DNA of 64,000 nucleotides from Bacteroidales bacterium (GTDB lineage Bacteria; Bacteroidota; Bacteroidia; Bacteroidales; JAHJDW01): NCBI GenBank assembly GCA_029004185.1, contig JAQUPB010000002.1, positions 2,484 to 66,483 of the forward strand, read 5' to 3'. Shown piece by piece: positions 63,277 to 64,000 of this stretch (position 1 is its first letter; each line of letters starts with the position of its first letter). The notes under the pieces were generated by a model. It saw only the letters and a program-made list of their open reading frames with translations, ran no database searches and was not told where the DNA came from. The position numbers and the translations under genes were made by a program.

Positions 63277-64000
63277 ATGAAAACAATTAAATTAATTTTA
63301 GCAATCGGCATAATGCTGATGATGTGTCCTTCAACAGTAAAGACACAAGTTTCCAACGAAAAAGCAGGAAACGAAGACAAAACACTATCGCCTTATTTTT
63401 TTGTAAAAAGCGATGATAGTTCTATTGATCAGCTTCCGTTAAAGGCAACATCGGCAGAGGTCAACATATCGGGCATTATTGCAGATATAAAAATAGTGCA
63501 GGTATATGAAAACAAAGGTAAAAAACCGCTCGAAGCAATTTATGTATTTCCTGCATCAACAAGAGCTGCGGTTTATGCGATGACAATGAAAATCGGCGAC
63601 AGGGTTCTTGTTGCCAAAATACAGGAAAGAGAACAAGCGCGAAAAGATTATGAAGAAGCCAAGCAACAGGGTAAAAGTACATCACTTCTTGAGGAAGACA
63701 GACCTAATGTTTTTAAAATGAATGTGGGAAACATTATGCCCGGCGATACCATAAGAATAGAATTAAGATATACCGAACTCCTTATTCCCGAAAACGGAAT
63801 TTATGAATTCGTTTATCCCACAGTTGTTGGTCCGAGATATTCAAATAAGGATTCCGAAACTGCTTCAAGTAATGATAAATGGGTTTCAAATCCTTATACT
63901 CATCAGGGCGAAGCTCCCTTATATACATTCGACATAAAAACAAAAATCGAAGGAGGAGTTCCGGTAAAAGATGTTGTTTGCAATACGCATAAAGTCAATG
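63277..64000 (+). CDS. VIT domain-containing protein (5' part; runs off the window)
   Basis: Hand translation: MKTIKLILAIGIMLMMCPS...LPLKATSAEVNISGIIADIKIVQVYENKGKKPLEAIYVFPASTRAAVYAMTMKIGDRVLVAKIQEREQARKDYEEAK. This has the typical VIT layout and no stop before 64000. Confidence 0.7.
   Translation, partial: MKTIKLILAIGIMLMMCPSTVKTQVSNEKAGNEDKTLSPYFFVKSDDSSIDQLPLKATSAEVNISGIIADIKIVQVYENKGKKPLEAIYVFPASTRAAVYAMTMKIGDRVLVAKIQEREQARKDYEEAKQQGKSTSLLEEDRPNVFKMNVGNIMPGDTIRIELRYTELLIPENGIYEFVYPTVVGPRYSNKDSETASSNDKWVSNPYTHQGEAPLYTFDIKTKIEGGVPVKDVVCNTHKVN

Noticed and set aside
63240-63290. Upstream ATG at 63240 (MKEFINHLKTKSHENN) as the start of the VIT-domain gene.
   Set aside because: It is out of frame with the VIT ORF and stops after 16 codons. 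The ATG at 63277 gives a normal signal peptide.

Overview
AT-rich window (about one-third G+C by eye) that looks like chromosome from a Bacteroidota-type organism. Supporting signs are several T9SS C-terminal sorting domains, TAnnTTTG -7 promoter boxes, a Bacteroidota-style ParE and a tiny bS22-like gene. Most of the window is housekeeping: parE, uvrC, rsmG, rpmH, tgt, purH, mreB, polA, acpH, gpsA, cvpA, a cyclophilin, pheS, dnaG, HU and RNase G. I found no rRNA, tRNA, CRISPR array, transposase, integrase or prophage genes. Six accessory features stand out. (1) A prkA-yeaH-spoVR module is interrupted by an Avd-like four-helix-bundle gene enclosed in a ~31-bp hairpin, and a second, divergent PrkA-like gene lies 2.5 kb downstream. 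(2) A DUF6922-like/AbiEii-type nucleotidyltransferase pair sits next to a GGGP-synthase homologue. (3) A menorin/PLC-like phosphodiesterase is translationally coupled to a phosphoethanolamine-transferase-like sulfatase. (4) Four C10 (streptopain-like) cysteine protease paralogues lie in a co-directional tandem array (31.4-43.2 kb). Three carry PKD plus BNR-propeller plus T9SS domains, two share a near-identical 3' end, and a duplicated 5' fragment flanks a small hairpin element. (5) A 1037-aa T9SS protein is built of 13 Cys-containing repeats, with a 3 x 630-nt super-repeat. (6) The intergenic DNA is unusually rich in repeats: a ~93-nt three-hairpin element with a compensatory substitution between copies, GCCACAGATT and CGCAAAGA palindromes, and degenerate 7-8-nt word repeats directly after stop codons. 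All calls come from reading the sequence and the ORF translations; no database search was run.
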